DNA from: Octopus vulgaris
Lineage: Eukaryota
Direction of reading: 5' to 3'
DNA length: 64,000 nucleotides
Assembly: GCA_951406725.2 (NCBI GenBank)
Contig: OX597818.1
Coordinates: forward strand, 112,592,001 to 112,656,000
The translations under genes and the position numbers were made by a program. The notes beneath the pieces are model-generated. The model worked only from the letters and a program-made list of their open reading frames with translations, did not search any database and had not been told where the DNA came from. Below are positions 13,760-24,840 of this stretch, in pieces; the stretch's first letter is position 1, and each line of letters begins with the position of its first letter.

Positions 13760-14560
13760 TGTTCGATATTAAAGAAACATGAGAAGGTAACAGGAAATGG
13801 TTCAACCCTGAGAAATCAGCAGTCCTGCAACTCGTCACCAGGTAGGTCCATGTCGTCCAGCGGAGTCGTCGGACTCCGGACGAGATCTGGTTAAATTTGT
13901 CACGGCTTGGTTTGGTCGAGACATCAAAGTAGAGAAGAACGAGGTGGGGAGAAGGGTGATCCAGTCTCATCCAGGAATGATCCGGGAGAAAGATCCCTAC
14001 AAAGTCAAGCAGAGCTGGTAGACGCATATATTATGCATCAGCATTTGAAGGTCCTTTCCTGTCGCAGTTCACTTCAGACAGACTGGGGCATTTATTCTCC
14101 GGCTTCCTGCGCAAAAGTGTTCCATTTATCGAGCGGTCCCTTTATTCTCTTGGTATGTTGCGGCTGATGATACACAGGTATGCATTCAACCTGCAACACC
14201 TGCAATGTGTCCCTGAGTAGGTGCAGGTATAGTCATCGTTTGTCAGACTAGATTTTCTAGCGCCCCTCTCTTTGATTAGATGAAGCGTAGACCAAGGCAG
14301 GAATTCTGGCCCTTAAAGTGCCTCCAGTTCGCTCACAGCCCTGTTTGAGATGGACATTGCGGTCTGTAGAAGTTCGACTTTTGGGGTTCTATAGAAATAT
14401 AGTTGCAGGCAAGAATGAAGACGGGCTCAGGAAGATTCTGGGTATCGACCAGAATCAACTTGATGGTCTGCTCTCTAAGTTCTAACCCTATACTTTAGTA
14501 TTTCACTGTCATTCTTCAAAGACCAATAGAATATGTTTCTGTTAAGGAGAGGTCCATCGT
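13760..14560 (-). mobile_element. Possible RTE-like LINE 3' relic
   Basis: More GC-rich, coding-like stretch that ends on the minus strand in a trinucleotide tail. No intact ORF, so the family assignment is tentative. Confidence 0.3.
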
Positions 14561-14714
14561 CAATAAGTGTATTCATAAGCCGAAGTTAAGGCTTTGAGTG
14601 CATCTTAGAAATTAATGTGAATCCTAGTGTCATTACCGTGTTAGATATTAAATGTACATCAGATATATAGTACGCCAATCCATATAAAACAGAATATAAT
14701 ATCAGTAATATTGA

Positions 14715-14930
14715 TTAAAAATGTTGGCACAAGACCAGTAAGCTGGGAGGAGGGGAGAGTCGATAATGTTGATAACAATGCTCGACTGAGACTTAATTTA
14801 TTAACCCTTTTGGTAACGAAAGGCAAAGTCAACCACGCCAGGAATTTGAGTTCAGAATGTAAAGACGGATGGAATACCGCTAAGCATTTTTCACCGGACT
14901 ACTAACGATTCTGCCGGCTAGGCACCCTTA
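14715..14930 (-). mobile_element. tRNA-derived SINE, diverged
   Basis: AAAGGCAAAGTCAAC..GGAATTTGAGTTCAGAATGTAAAGAC...ACCGCTAAGCATTT is the reverse complement of the 24478 family. Confidence 0.65.
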
Positions 14931-16104
14931 TAAAATATTAGTAATATTAGATATGATTGTTTGCCTTTGATAAAAATGTAATTCATCATACCTGCTAAAT
15001 ATTTCACAGACAAATTACTAATGCTAGTTATATTGATTGGGAACATACAAGTTATGTTATTGTCTCGAAAACTGAGCAAGCCATGTCGACTTTAAAAACG
15101 TAGGTTGTCAGCTTAATCATACGCGGTCCATGCTTACATCCACAAAAATTGAGGAAAATATTTGAAGACGGCATTCTAATGGAACCAACCTTGTAAATGC
15201 TTTCAACTAAAAAGTGTACTGCGCGTTTGGTTGTAAGTCATATTATTACAGAGATGATCACCGTTTGCTAATGAGACACGAATTAAATACAGAGAATACT
15301 ATTTATCTATCATCAGTGTAAAGATCTCCACAGTGTATGAGAAAAATTAATATATATATATTGCAGAGAAATATAAGTAGCTTCCTCTACTATGAACTCC
15401 TACAACAAAGGAAATAATTACCGCCACCAGCGGTAAATATCGTTTGTACAAAAACAGAGAAACAAACATCACTACTAACATTATCGTCAATAAAAATGGA
15501 GACATCTGTTGCAAAAAATATCGCTTAATTTTTGTAGGTTGGAATGTACAAAGAAAATGTCCAGCCTTGTCCTCACAAGCGCTAACTCATTAAAATTTAT
15601 AAAGTCCAATAAAAACAATTTAGTCCAGGAAAACAAATATTTATATCTTTTCTACCACCACAACCACTACCATAAAAATCAGAAGTTATTTCTGTTTGCC
15701 ATCAAATCACAACAAAATCTTGGAAGTACACGTATGTGGAGTTGTATTAAGGACATTCCGGTTAATGATGTTTTTTTTTGCAAGGTATTTCATGAGATGC
15801 AATAAAAATATAAACAAGAAATTGATTCCTTACTAATGCATAACTAATTTTATAAATGATTAACCGGGCGTTTTATTATGGTGAAGCAGGAGTGGTAATG
15901 TGGTTGGCCAGAGTTAAGTTTCTCTCTTGTGATCAGGAAAAACAAAACTGAAATGATTGATGACTTACATCCATTTGTTTATTACAAAGATGAGACATGC
16001 TTAAAAATAACGAGCAAATATACCCAAAAGAACACCAATCAACACCTCTATTATTTAAGGCACGTCAGTTAGCATCAGAATTTATGATAAAAATATATTA
16101 ATAT

Positions 16105-16320
16105 TGGTTTCAAATTTTGGTATAAGGCCAACAAGATTTGGGCAGGAAGTAAGCCAATTGCTTCTACCCCAGTGTTCCACTGGTACTTATTTTATCGAAC
16201 CAGAAAGGATAAACGGTAAAGTCAACCGTACCGAAATTAGAGTTTAGAAAGGAAAGACGGATGAAAAGCTGCTACGCTTTTTGCCCGTGTTGTTTAACGA
16301 GCCTGCTCGCTCACCACCTT
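16105..16320 (-). mobile_element. tRNA-derived SINE, diverged
   Basis: GGTTTCAAATTTTGG...ACTGGTACTTATTTTATCGA...AAAGTCAAC. Same family as 14715-14930. Confidence 0.6.
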
Positions 16321-16487
16321 ACAAATGTATTTAAAACTACGATTTCATATAATAACAATCCCCGCTTTACATATATTTACTCTAAGTACGATTGCTTAGT
16401 GCATATAATGTTTTCAGGAGCAATGATTTTGTAAATTTGGCGGTAACCTCAGATTAGCGAATTTGCAGCGAGATAGAATTGAGTAAA

Positions 16488-16689
16488 ATCTTTTACTCTT
16501 TTACATGCTTCAGTCATTTGACTGCGGCCATACTAGGGCACCGCCTTTAGTCGAACACATCGACCCCAGGACTGATTCTTTGCAAGTCTAGTACTTGCAA
16601 AGTACTAGACTTGCAGAACCGCTAAGTTACGGGGGACATTAATACACCAACAACGATGTCAAACGATGGTGGAGGAACACAGACAAAAA

Positions 16690-16747
<58 letters not shown>

Positions 16748-16905
16748 CACGATGGCCTTCTTTCAATTTCATTTTACCAAATCTACTCACAAGGCTTTGG
16801 TCGGCTCCAGGCTATAGTAGAAGGCACCTGCCCAAGGTGTCACGCCGTGGGACTGAACCCAGAAACATGTGCTTGGGAAGCAAGCTTCTTACTACACAGC
16901 CACTC
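16488..16905 (-). mobile_element. tRNA-derived SINE with internal (CA)/(TA) tract
   Basis: CAGTCATTTGACTGCGGCCAT...CACAAGGCTTTGGTCGGC...GGGACTGAACCC. Collinear with 33390-33800. Confidence 0.85.
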
Positions 16906-17529
16906 AAAACTATATTTACTATCAGTGAGAAATTACATTTCTTTCATACAAACGTATACTCTTTCATTCCAGTATACATTGGGTATAACAAGGATTAGAA
17001 CCTTTGTTAGAGGGAAATATTTTATTGTATCCCAGTCGCAATTTAATGACTAAGTAACTACAACTTCATCTATTCGGTATGAAACACATTATCCAATTTC
17101 CGAACGGCAAAGCATATAAAAGCTAAATAACACCATTAGTTTCATTGTTTCTCTAGACTGGGTAAATATTGATTCTGTCACAAACACGCAGATGTATTAG
17201 CTATTAAGAAACTCGAAGTCAAGGAATTCATTATTTGACGCCAATTCTTATACTTTATCATATTTTTAAAGTTTCTCTATATAAACTATAATGACAAGAA
17301 AGCGGTTAGGGTTAAGACACACTCCAGATTTGCGTCTGAAGAGCGTGTGAGATTCCTGTTTACACACTGTCGTCGTCTGTTTTATGAAATAATTCATTCT
17401 CTCAAATTTCATATTTGATTAGGAGCGAAACAATAAGAATGTGTATCCTCAAACAGTGTCACCTGTTACCTTCTTGTCATTTCCGTCTGTAAACTGAACA
17501 CTTCTATGTCTAATGGTGTGTACAAACAA

Positions 17530-17862
17530 TGGAAGCATTTCTGGAGAAGTAGATGGCACCTCAATGATACCTAGTGGTAATTATAAAATTTAACGTATGT
17601 CTGATGTTTTGTAATAAAAAAAGGATATTATAAAATGTTGCTTGCATTATAATAGGTTGTGCTTGAAAATGGTAAACGTTTTCCTGATGTCGTCAGTAAT
17701 TAATAACAGACATATGAAATTTAGTATTCCTTGGACACCCCGATGAATTGGTGACATTTATATCTATCTATCTATATATATATATGTGTGTGTATGTGTG
17801 TGTGTGAGTGTGTGTGTGTGTAAGTGCGCGCACACACACACACACACATACACACACATACC

Positions 17863-17922
<60 letters not shown>

Positions 17923-18330
17923 TTGTTCTGAAAATAATGGCCGGTTTCAGAAACAATTTTATTCTGGAAAATTAGCAATAGAAATGTTTTGATTAGCCAA
18001 AGTAGGATCCGTGAATATCTATGCATCGCTGTCAAAGATCAACGAAATTTTTAAGGCTTCGTTGATAAAAACTTATTGGCTTTGATGCTAAGAAATCTTT
18101 GAAAGCTTATTCCACCTCTGGTTTGGACCTGAATTGTCATTTTTTTTCATGAAGTATTGTAAGAATTTAAGATGCTTCCAGCTATAATGATTCTGAAATC
18201 ACTTTCGTCGAGAATTATTCGCTACCTTCTGAATGTTTGGTAACAAAACTCACGTGAGTATCATTTGAAATATAATTTAAAATTATAACTACGACAGCGA
18301 CCACGGTACACACAACATCATGAGATCGTA
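17530..18330 (+). mobile_element. Possible PIF/Harbinger transposase relic
   Basis: Fragmentary motifs ISGEVDGT (cf. IGAIDGT), KKGYY (cf. NRKGxYS), F-DV, VENYS and HNI occur in the expected order. Frameshifted and split by a microsatellite. Confidence 0.35.
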
Positions 18331-19377
18331 ATTGTAAAAAATTAGCGATCAACAGGGAATTCGCAAATACATATATGCAGCGAGAGATGCGATACTTTCG
18401 CTACTTTAGTCTCTATTGTAATATTGAAATGATAAAGTAGACGAATATAGTAAACAATGACACGTAAAGGGAGTAGATTCCAACGAGGTTCATTTTATAT
18501 TGAGATAACAATAACGTAAATAACTCAATTATGAAATAAAAATAAGCAAGTAATAAAATCTTGTTTTGTATACAATAGAGATTTATTGAAATCTATATTT
18601 TCAGTTCTTTTTATCTTATATAAAATAACCAAGTTTCTATAAAAATAGAAAATGAATATACAGCAGCGAAGATTGTGCTGTGAGGTAAAATATACTGCTT
18701 GCTGACTTGAAAGTAATTATCTTCGATGCGAAAATGTGTTACAATTTCTTTGTGGTTTACTAGACAGAAAGAAAAAAATCTCACAAATGATCAAATATAG
18801 TTTACGATACCAAATTCAATTTCGTTTGAAAATTTTATGATCTATAACATTTCATTATGATATTTTTTTTCCTCTTTCATATTTTTTATATATATTCATT
18901 CCTTCCGAAAGGTTAACTTTTGAAAAGTGTGAAGTAAACAACTTGAATATGTAATATATATTGAAATTGAAAAATGTTCGAAGCTGATTTTCTTAGACAA
19001 CTGTGACTGATTGACTTTTTTTATTATTATTATAACAGCAGTATTGTTTAACAATGCAACATTACTCTTGATATTGATGTGCTTGATTCGATCTCAAAAT
19101 CAACTTCCAAATATATCTTTAAAAAAGGAAATACATCCACATCGTTCCTAGATTTTCAATTCCACCTCTCTCCACACCCCTGTCTCTAGACACACACGCA
19201 TTCGCTCACACACAATCACAGGCGAACACATATAATTATTTGTACATAAAACCTCCTATGTTGTGTGTCTGTGTGTCATATAATCCAAAATAAACAGTAA
19301 AATGTTGTCATCATAGAACTCGGAATATCGGAGCGAGGAGCTACGATACATTCTCGTTGGTTATTAATAGAAACAGA

Positions 19378-19560
19378 AGGCGGCGAGCTGGCAGAAATGT
19401 TAGGACGCCGGACGAAAGGCGTTGCGGTATTTCGTCTGTCTTTACGTTCTAATTTCAAATAGCGTCGAGGTCGACTTTGCATTTCATCCTTTCGGTGTCG
19501 ATTAAATAATTAACAGTTACGCACTAAGGTCGATGAAATTGACTTAATCCCTTTCTCTGT
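19378..19560 (+). mobile_element. tRNA-derived SINE
   Basis: GGCGGCGAGCTGGCAGAAATGTTAG...GAGGTCGACTTTGC.TTTCATCCTTTCGG. Near-identical to 24478-24610. Confidence 0.8.
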
Positions 19561-19699
19561 CCTTGTTTGTACCTTCTAAGTTTAGCCCCCATCGAACCCA
19601 CCCATTTCCATCCTATACAATCCCAAAAAAGGAAAACAACCACAAGAAAACACACAAAATGCATTCCCCTCCCCTTGAATCTAGTTACGCATGTTTATT

Positions 19700-20335
19700 G
19701 ACGGAGAACAAGGAGCTGATTTGTAAGTCAACAGATGGAAAAGAGCAAAATTTGTGAATGTTGAAGGTTATACAAATACAGTAGGGTGGCACACCTGTCT
19801 GCTACTTTCGGAAAAGCAAATGGCAGAAGTAAAGAAATATAAAGAAGGTGAGATATATTGGAAACTTTATGGAGACTGGAAAAGAATAACTGACAATATT
19901 GGTTATAAGGAACTGTTAGAAAAACACGGCTTGAACGTGTTAAAAAGACTCCCAAGATAAAAGGAAATGATACTGCTTAAGGTGGGGCAAGCAGCACATT
20001 TCCATCTTTTCATTTTCGTTATTCATTCATATTATCATATTTTAAATTTTATTTGAATTTAATTTTTTATTAATTACTTATTTGCGTTATATATTCCCAT
20101 ATGTGTTTGTGTTGTCCACTCCTTGTCGGCAATAAACAGAGGGTGTGTGTTTGTGTGTGTGCACTTGTCCCCAGCATTGAGCTTGCTCCAAAAGCAGTTG
20201 TTTGTGTGATTGCTTCTCCATAACTGAGCGGTTTGGCAAAATTAGCAATGGGTTTGATGCATTTCTACTAAGACGTCTTCAGGGGTGTTCCCGTGCGTGG
20301 CCGCTGCCTAATATGTGAAACAATTAAAAGAGAAA
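19700..20335 (+). mobile_element. Putative LINE 3' end (ORF tail plus 3' UTR) sharing the SINE tail
   Basis: Protein-like ORF end ...WKLYGDWKRITDNIGYKELLEKHGLNVLKRLPR*. The downstream TAACTGAGCGGTTTGGCAAAA...TGGCCGCTGCCTAATATGTGAAACAATTAAAAG resembles the 3' tail of the main SINE family. Confidence 0.4.
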
Positions 20336-21587
20336 TTTTAAAATTATACGGTGTCTGCTACAGAATATGGTTTATGTTATTATAGCGAACTTATACCTGT
20401 TAAACATAAGCTGATATGTATAGCAACATTCCAGCATAGTGCGACATATTCATCTATCGGCTATAATAAATACACTTTAGTATTTGACGATGAGGTCTAA
20501 TGATTCTACAAATTGATTTATGTGTTTATAATATTTTTTAAATATTTTCTAAGTTCCTGAATCATTGCCAAATTTTACCTATCACTAAATGGCACTTTTA
20601 ACTTCAATCATTTACATTTTTTTTCAGTTGGTTTCACTAATAAGCAGCTGAATGCCTAGAGTCGTGGTCTGGAATAATAATTTGTTTATTACATTTTATT
20701 CAATATGCAAATAATCATTAAAAAAATATCTTATTTATTCCAGTCCGCACACATTCACTTTCCAAGAGAAGAACTAAACTATTTCAGAAAGTAACAATTC
20801 TTGTTTTGGTATTTTCTTCTCCGAGAGAAGTTTTCGTTGAGAAAGATGTAATTTTCCAACTTTGTATTCACTATTATTTTATTCTAATGTTATTTATTTT
20901 ACTAATATCGATCGAGTGTTTTAGTTAATTCTACGGGTTTGCTTTTGTCTTGAACTTAAAAAACGTGTACGCGCGCCTACACAATATATTTTAACATTTA
21001 TAGCACTAATTGATGCACTTAGATGATTCTGGTTTTGTACTTGGATAAAGCAATTGATTTGCGTGATAAAACAACACTGACATTCATTTGAATTCAATGT
21101 TATGCTCGAATTTTTATTATTTTAATATTGTAGATGTTTTTTCTTCACAATAGCGGATCATATATTAATTTAATTTCCGTTGTTTCTGACCATAGGTGTA
21201 CATGTTATGTATTTAGTCCCGCCGCATAGAGACATTTATAACAGGCAGTGATATGATGGTGTAAGCATACTGTATTTTCCTTTTCTTGTCAGTATGTAAA
21301 TGCCAATTTACCGCAAAGATTTTATTGACGGGGTGCTTAAACAGTTATCGCAAGCGTTTGTCTTCATATGAGATCTGTATTCATAATCTCTGCTTATAGA
21401 TTATCATCATAACAATTATAATCGCAGAATGTATATATATATATATATATATAAGAAAATAGTAAAGTGTGAAAAAACGACAGAAGGCTTAAATGTTAAA
21501 AGATATATATATTTGTGTCAAAATGTCTGGAGAATATTGGAAAAATTTTTTTCCTTTCCTTAAAATGACATAATTTTTAAATTTTTA

Positions 21588-21627
21588 AAGAAATTACCGG
21601 TTTCGCGTGTAGCTTTTCAAATTTCTT
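21588..21627 (-). ncRNA. Minimal type I hammerhead ribozyme motif (U3-A8 variant)
   Basis: Reverse complement of 23224-23263. Confidence 0.7.
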
Positions 21628-21759
21628 GTGACGTTATGTTTATATTGCATGGATTTATCGTTGTTTTTATTTCCAGGAGATTTCTAAATAAGGGGAGGTA
21701 GTGAGTGATTTTTCCGGTGTAGGGAGATAATCGCTTAAAAATTTTTTCCCATTTCCTTG

Positions 21760-22388
21760 TTAATTTCTCTGTGTCAGTATGTTCGGATGGTTGAGTCTGG
21801 GTTTGTACTTTTCAATGAAGAATGTTTCCTTGTTCAGTCTCATTTGTGTTGATGATCCGAAAGCACATTGGTAAAATGGGAAGATTAAAAATTGTGGCAG
21901 TAGTTGCTTTGCGCATTTCTCAATGTGCTCACTAAAAGGTATCATTCTATATTCTGGGAATGCAATCTGTTGTCGATGCAGTGTGCATCTGCGCCTGAGT
22001 GATAGTCCCGTGGAACCCACGTAGTCTTGGTGGCAGCCCGAGCATTTAATAACATAAATTATGTTTTCAGAGGCACAAGTAAAGTTAGATTTGATCTTAA
22101 ATTTCTGTCCTTCTTTAAAGAAGAATTCTGATCCTTCCAATAGGTTAGGACATGTTGCACAGTTCGATCTACCACATTTTTTTACTTTTGCATCCGTAAT
22201 TTTAGAAGACAATTTTGCCTTTGTGAGAATCTTTTTAAGTGATTTAGGCTGTTTGTAGCTTTTAATGATTTGGTGTATGTTTAGAATTTCCCTTTAATTT
22301 TGGGTTTTTATGAAGTATTGGTAAATTCTGGGTGATGATGGTGAAGGCTTCTTTGTTTCTGGGGTTGTATGTAGATATGTAAGGTAGT
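21760..22388 (-). pseudogene. Penelope-like ORF C-terminus: linker plus GIY-YIG endonuclease (5'-truncated)
   Basis: ORF 21760-22212 contains CGRSNCATC and IIYVIKCSGCHQDYVGST.LSLRRR..LH...EH..C, ending E..FI.KYKPRLN (GIY-YIG). Upstream LPYISTYNP lies across a frameshift. Confidence 0.88.
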
Positions 22389-22462
22389 ATTTTCGGGGAA
22401 GGTGTGTGTTGTTTCTATGTTGATTTCTGTTTGAAATCAACATAGAAACTTAAGAAAAGTTA

Positions 22463-23089
22463 ACTACCTTACATATCTACATACAACCCCAGAAACAAAG
22501 AAGCCTTCACCATCATCACCCAGAATTTACCAATACTTCATAAAAACCCAAAATTAAGGAAATTCTAAACATACACCAAATCATTAAAAGCTACAAACAG
22601 CCTAAATCACTTAAAAAGATTCTCACAAAGGCAAAATTGTCTTCTAAAATTACGGATGCAAAAGTAAAAAAATGTGGTAGATCGAACTGTGCAACATGTC
22701 CTAACCTATTGGAAGGATCAGAATTCTTCTTTAAAGAAGGACAGAAATTTAAGATCAAATCTAACTTTACTTGTGCCTCTGAAAACATAATTTATGTTAT
22801 TAAATGCTCGGGCTGCCACCAAGACTACGTGGGTTCCACGGGACTATCACTCAGGCGCAGATGCACACTGCATCGACAACAGATTGCATTCCCAGAATAT
22901 AGAATGATACCTTTTAGTGAGCACATTGAGAAATGCGCAAAGCAACTACTGCCACAATTTTTAATCTTCCCATTTTACCAATGTGCTTTCGGATCATCAA
23001 CACAAATGAGACTGAACAAGGAAACATTCTTCATTGAAAAGTACAAACCCAGACTCAACCATCCGAACATACTGACACAGAGAAATTAA
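22463..23089 (+). pseudogene. Penelope-like ORF C-terminus: linker plus GIY-YIG endonuclease (5'-truncated)
   Basis: ORF 22637-23089 gives a 150-aa translation identical to the minus-strand copy. No RT catalytic domain is present. Confidence 0.88.
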
Positions 23090-23223
23090 CAAGGAAATGG
23101 GAAAAAAATTTTTTAAGCGATTATCTCCCCTACACCGGAAAAAATCACTCACTACCTCCCTTATTTAGAAATCTCCTGAAATAAAAACAACGATAAATCC
23201 ATGCAATATAAACATAACGTCAC

Positions 23224-23263
23224 AAGAAATTTGAAAAGCTACACGCGAAACCGGTAATTTCTT
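23224..23263 (+). ncRNA. Minimal type I hammerhead ribozyme motif (U3-A8 variant)
   Basis: Stem I AAGAAAU/AUUUCUU, core UUGAAAA, stem II GC-UACAC-GC, GAAA, palindromic ACCGGU, cleavage triplet GUA. Confidence 0.7.
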
Positions 23264-23436
23264 TAAAAATTTAAAAATTATGTCATTTTAAGGAAAGGAA
23301 AAAATTTTTCCAATATTCTCCAGACATTTTGACACAAATATATATATCTTTTAACATTTAAGCCTTCTGTCGTTTTTTCACACTTTACTATTTTCTTATA
23401 TATTCACCCACGTGCTTTACCAAACAAACTTTCTTA

Positions 23437-23501
<65 letters not shown>

Positions 23502-23770
23502 TATAAACAAGAGGCACATACTTTGATCGCCACGTGTTTATATATTTAATCTAAGGTGTACCTGTTGAGAATGATTTCACCTAGCGGGTAAATGTTATTT
23601 ACTTGCTAAGCTAAAATCAAAAACCAATTGGTCCTGGAAACTAGATTTCATTTCGTTCCTGTCGAATTTTATCCCTAACTTTCTGCTTATAGAACCTAGC
23701 TGTACTTTCTAGCGTGTTTGTTTTCCTCGATTGGATTCTTTATGTGTTTAAATGTACACTGTATTATATA

Positions 23771-23858
<88 letters not shown>

Positions 23859-24274
23859 TACATACATATAATAACGTCCTTCCTGTTACTTTAAATGGAA
23901 TGCAGACCTAGGTTTTTGCCTCGTATAACCAAAGAGAAAATTTCAAGTTGATTAAGAGGTTGTTGAAGAAAGGAATATTTCACATTTATAAACAATATTT
24001 ACGTTATCTATAACAATTATTCCACCATGAAATGGAAATTTATTGGTGATTATCTGCATTTCCCTAGATGGAAACAGTTATAGAACCAATTAGTTGATTT
24101 TAAATTTCGTAAATCTATTTTGTTTTTAAACGCTGGTAATATAATTAGAAATGTATTGCTCTTGTATTTTTTAAACTGACTTTTGCACAAATCACAGTTT
24201 AACTGCTCACATGTCTAACGAACATTCATAATAAAATTGCAATGCCACCACATTTTGAATATTAATTTTTACTT

Positions 24275-24610
24275 AGTACGCCGGGCGAAATGCCTAGCTG
24301 TATTTCGTCTGTCTTTACGTTCTGAGTTCAAATTCTGCCGAGTTCGACTTTGTCTTTCATCGTTTCGGGGTCGATAAATTAAGTACCAGTTGCGAACTGG
24401 GTCGATATAATCGACTTTCCACCTTCTCAAATATTTCGAACCTTGTGCCGAGAATAAAAAAAGATTCTCTAATATAAGTCGGCGAGCTGGCAGAAATGTT
24501 AGCACGCCGGGCGAAACTCTTAGCGGTATTTCGTCTGTCTTTACGTTCTGAGTTCAAATTCCGCCGAGGTCGACTTTGCCTTTCATCGTTTCGGGGTCGA
24601 TAAATTATGT
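24275..24610 (+). mobile_element. Two tandem tRNA-derived SINE copies
   Basis: CGCCGGGCGAAA..C.TAGC.GTATTTCGTCTGTCTTTACGTTCTGAGTTCAAATTC occurs at ~24280 and ~24506. Confidence 0.85.
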
Positions 24611-24624
24611 ATCACACAACCACT

Positions 24625-24670
<46 letters not shown>

Positions 24671-24679
24671 TGAAGCGAC

Positions 24680-24840
24680 AGGTTATGCCAGGTCATAAAA
24701 TGATCATTGGTTTTGCGTCATAAAACGGTTAGAAATTTTGACGATACGTCAGACTTCAATTTAAATCAGACGTGTCACCTACACCACGAAGCACTTTATG
24801 GTTGCAAAACCAAAGGTCACTCGTTAAGCGACCATAAATT
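24680..24840. mobile_element. MITE-like imperfect palindrome
   Basis: TGATCATTGGTTTTGCGTCATAAA pairs imperfectly with TTTATGGTTGCAAAACCAAAGGTCA. Confidence 0.4.

Larger units (their letters stand above)
21451..23438. mobile_element. Penelope-like element 3' portion present as a ~2 kb inverted duplication
   Basis: Arms ~21451-22388 (-) and ~22463-23400 (+) are reverse complements. The right arm carries an extra ~38-bp tail. Both ends abut (TA)n. Confidence 0.92.

Noticed and set aside
13401-14027. 208-aa ORF, the longest in the track
   Set aside because: About half is trinucleotide repeat (poly-V/S/G), and the rest has no recognisable domain.
22637-23089. Functional stand-alone GIY-YIG nuclease gene or homing endonuclease
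   Set aside because: It starts at TTG within a longer truncated retroelement ORF and is followed by a Penelope-type HHR terminal repeat.
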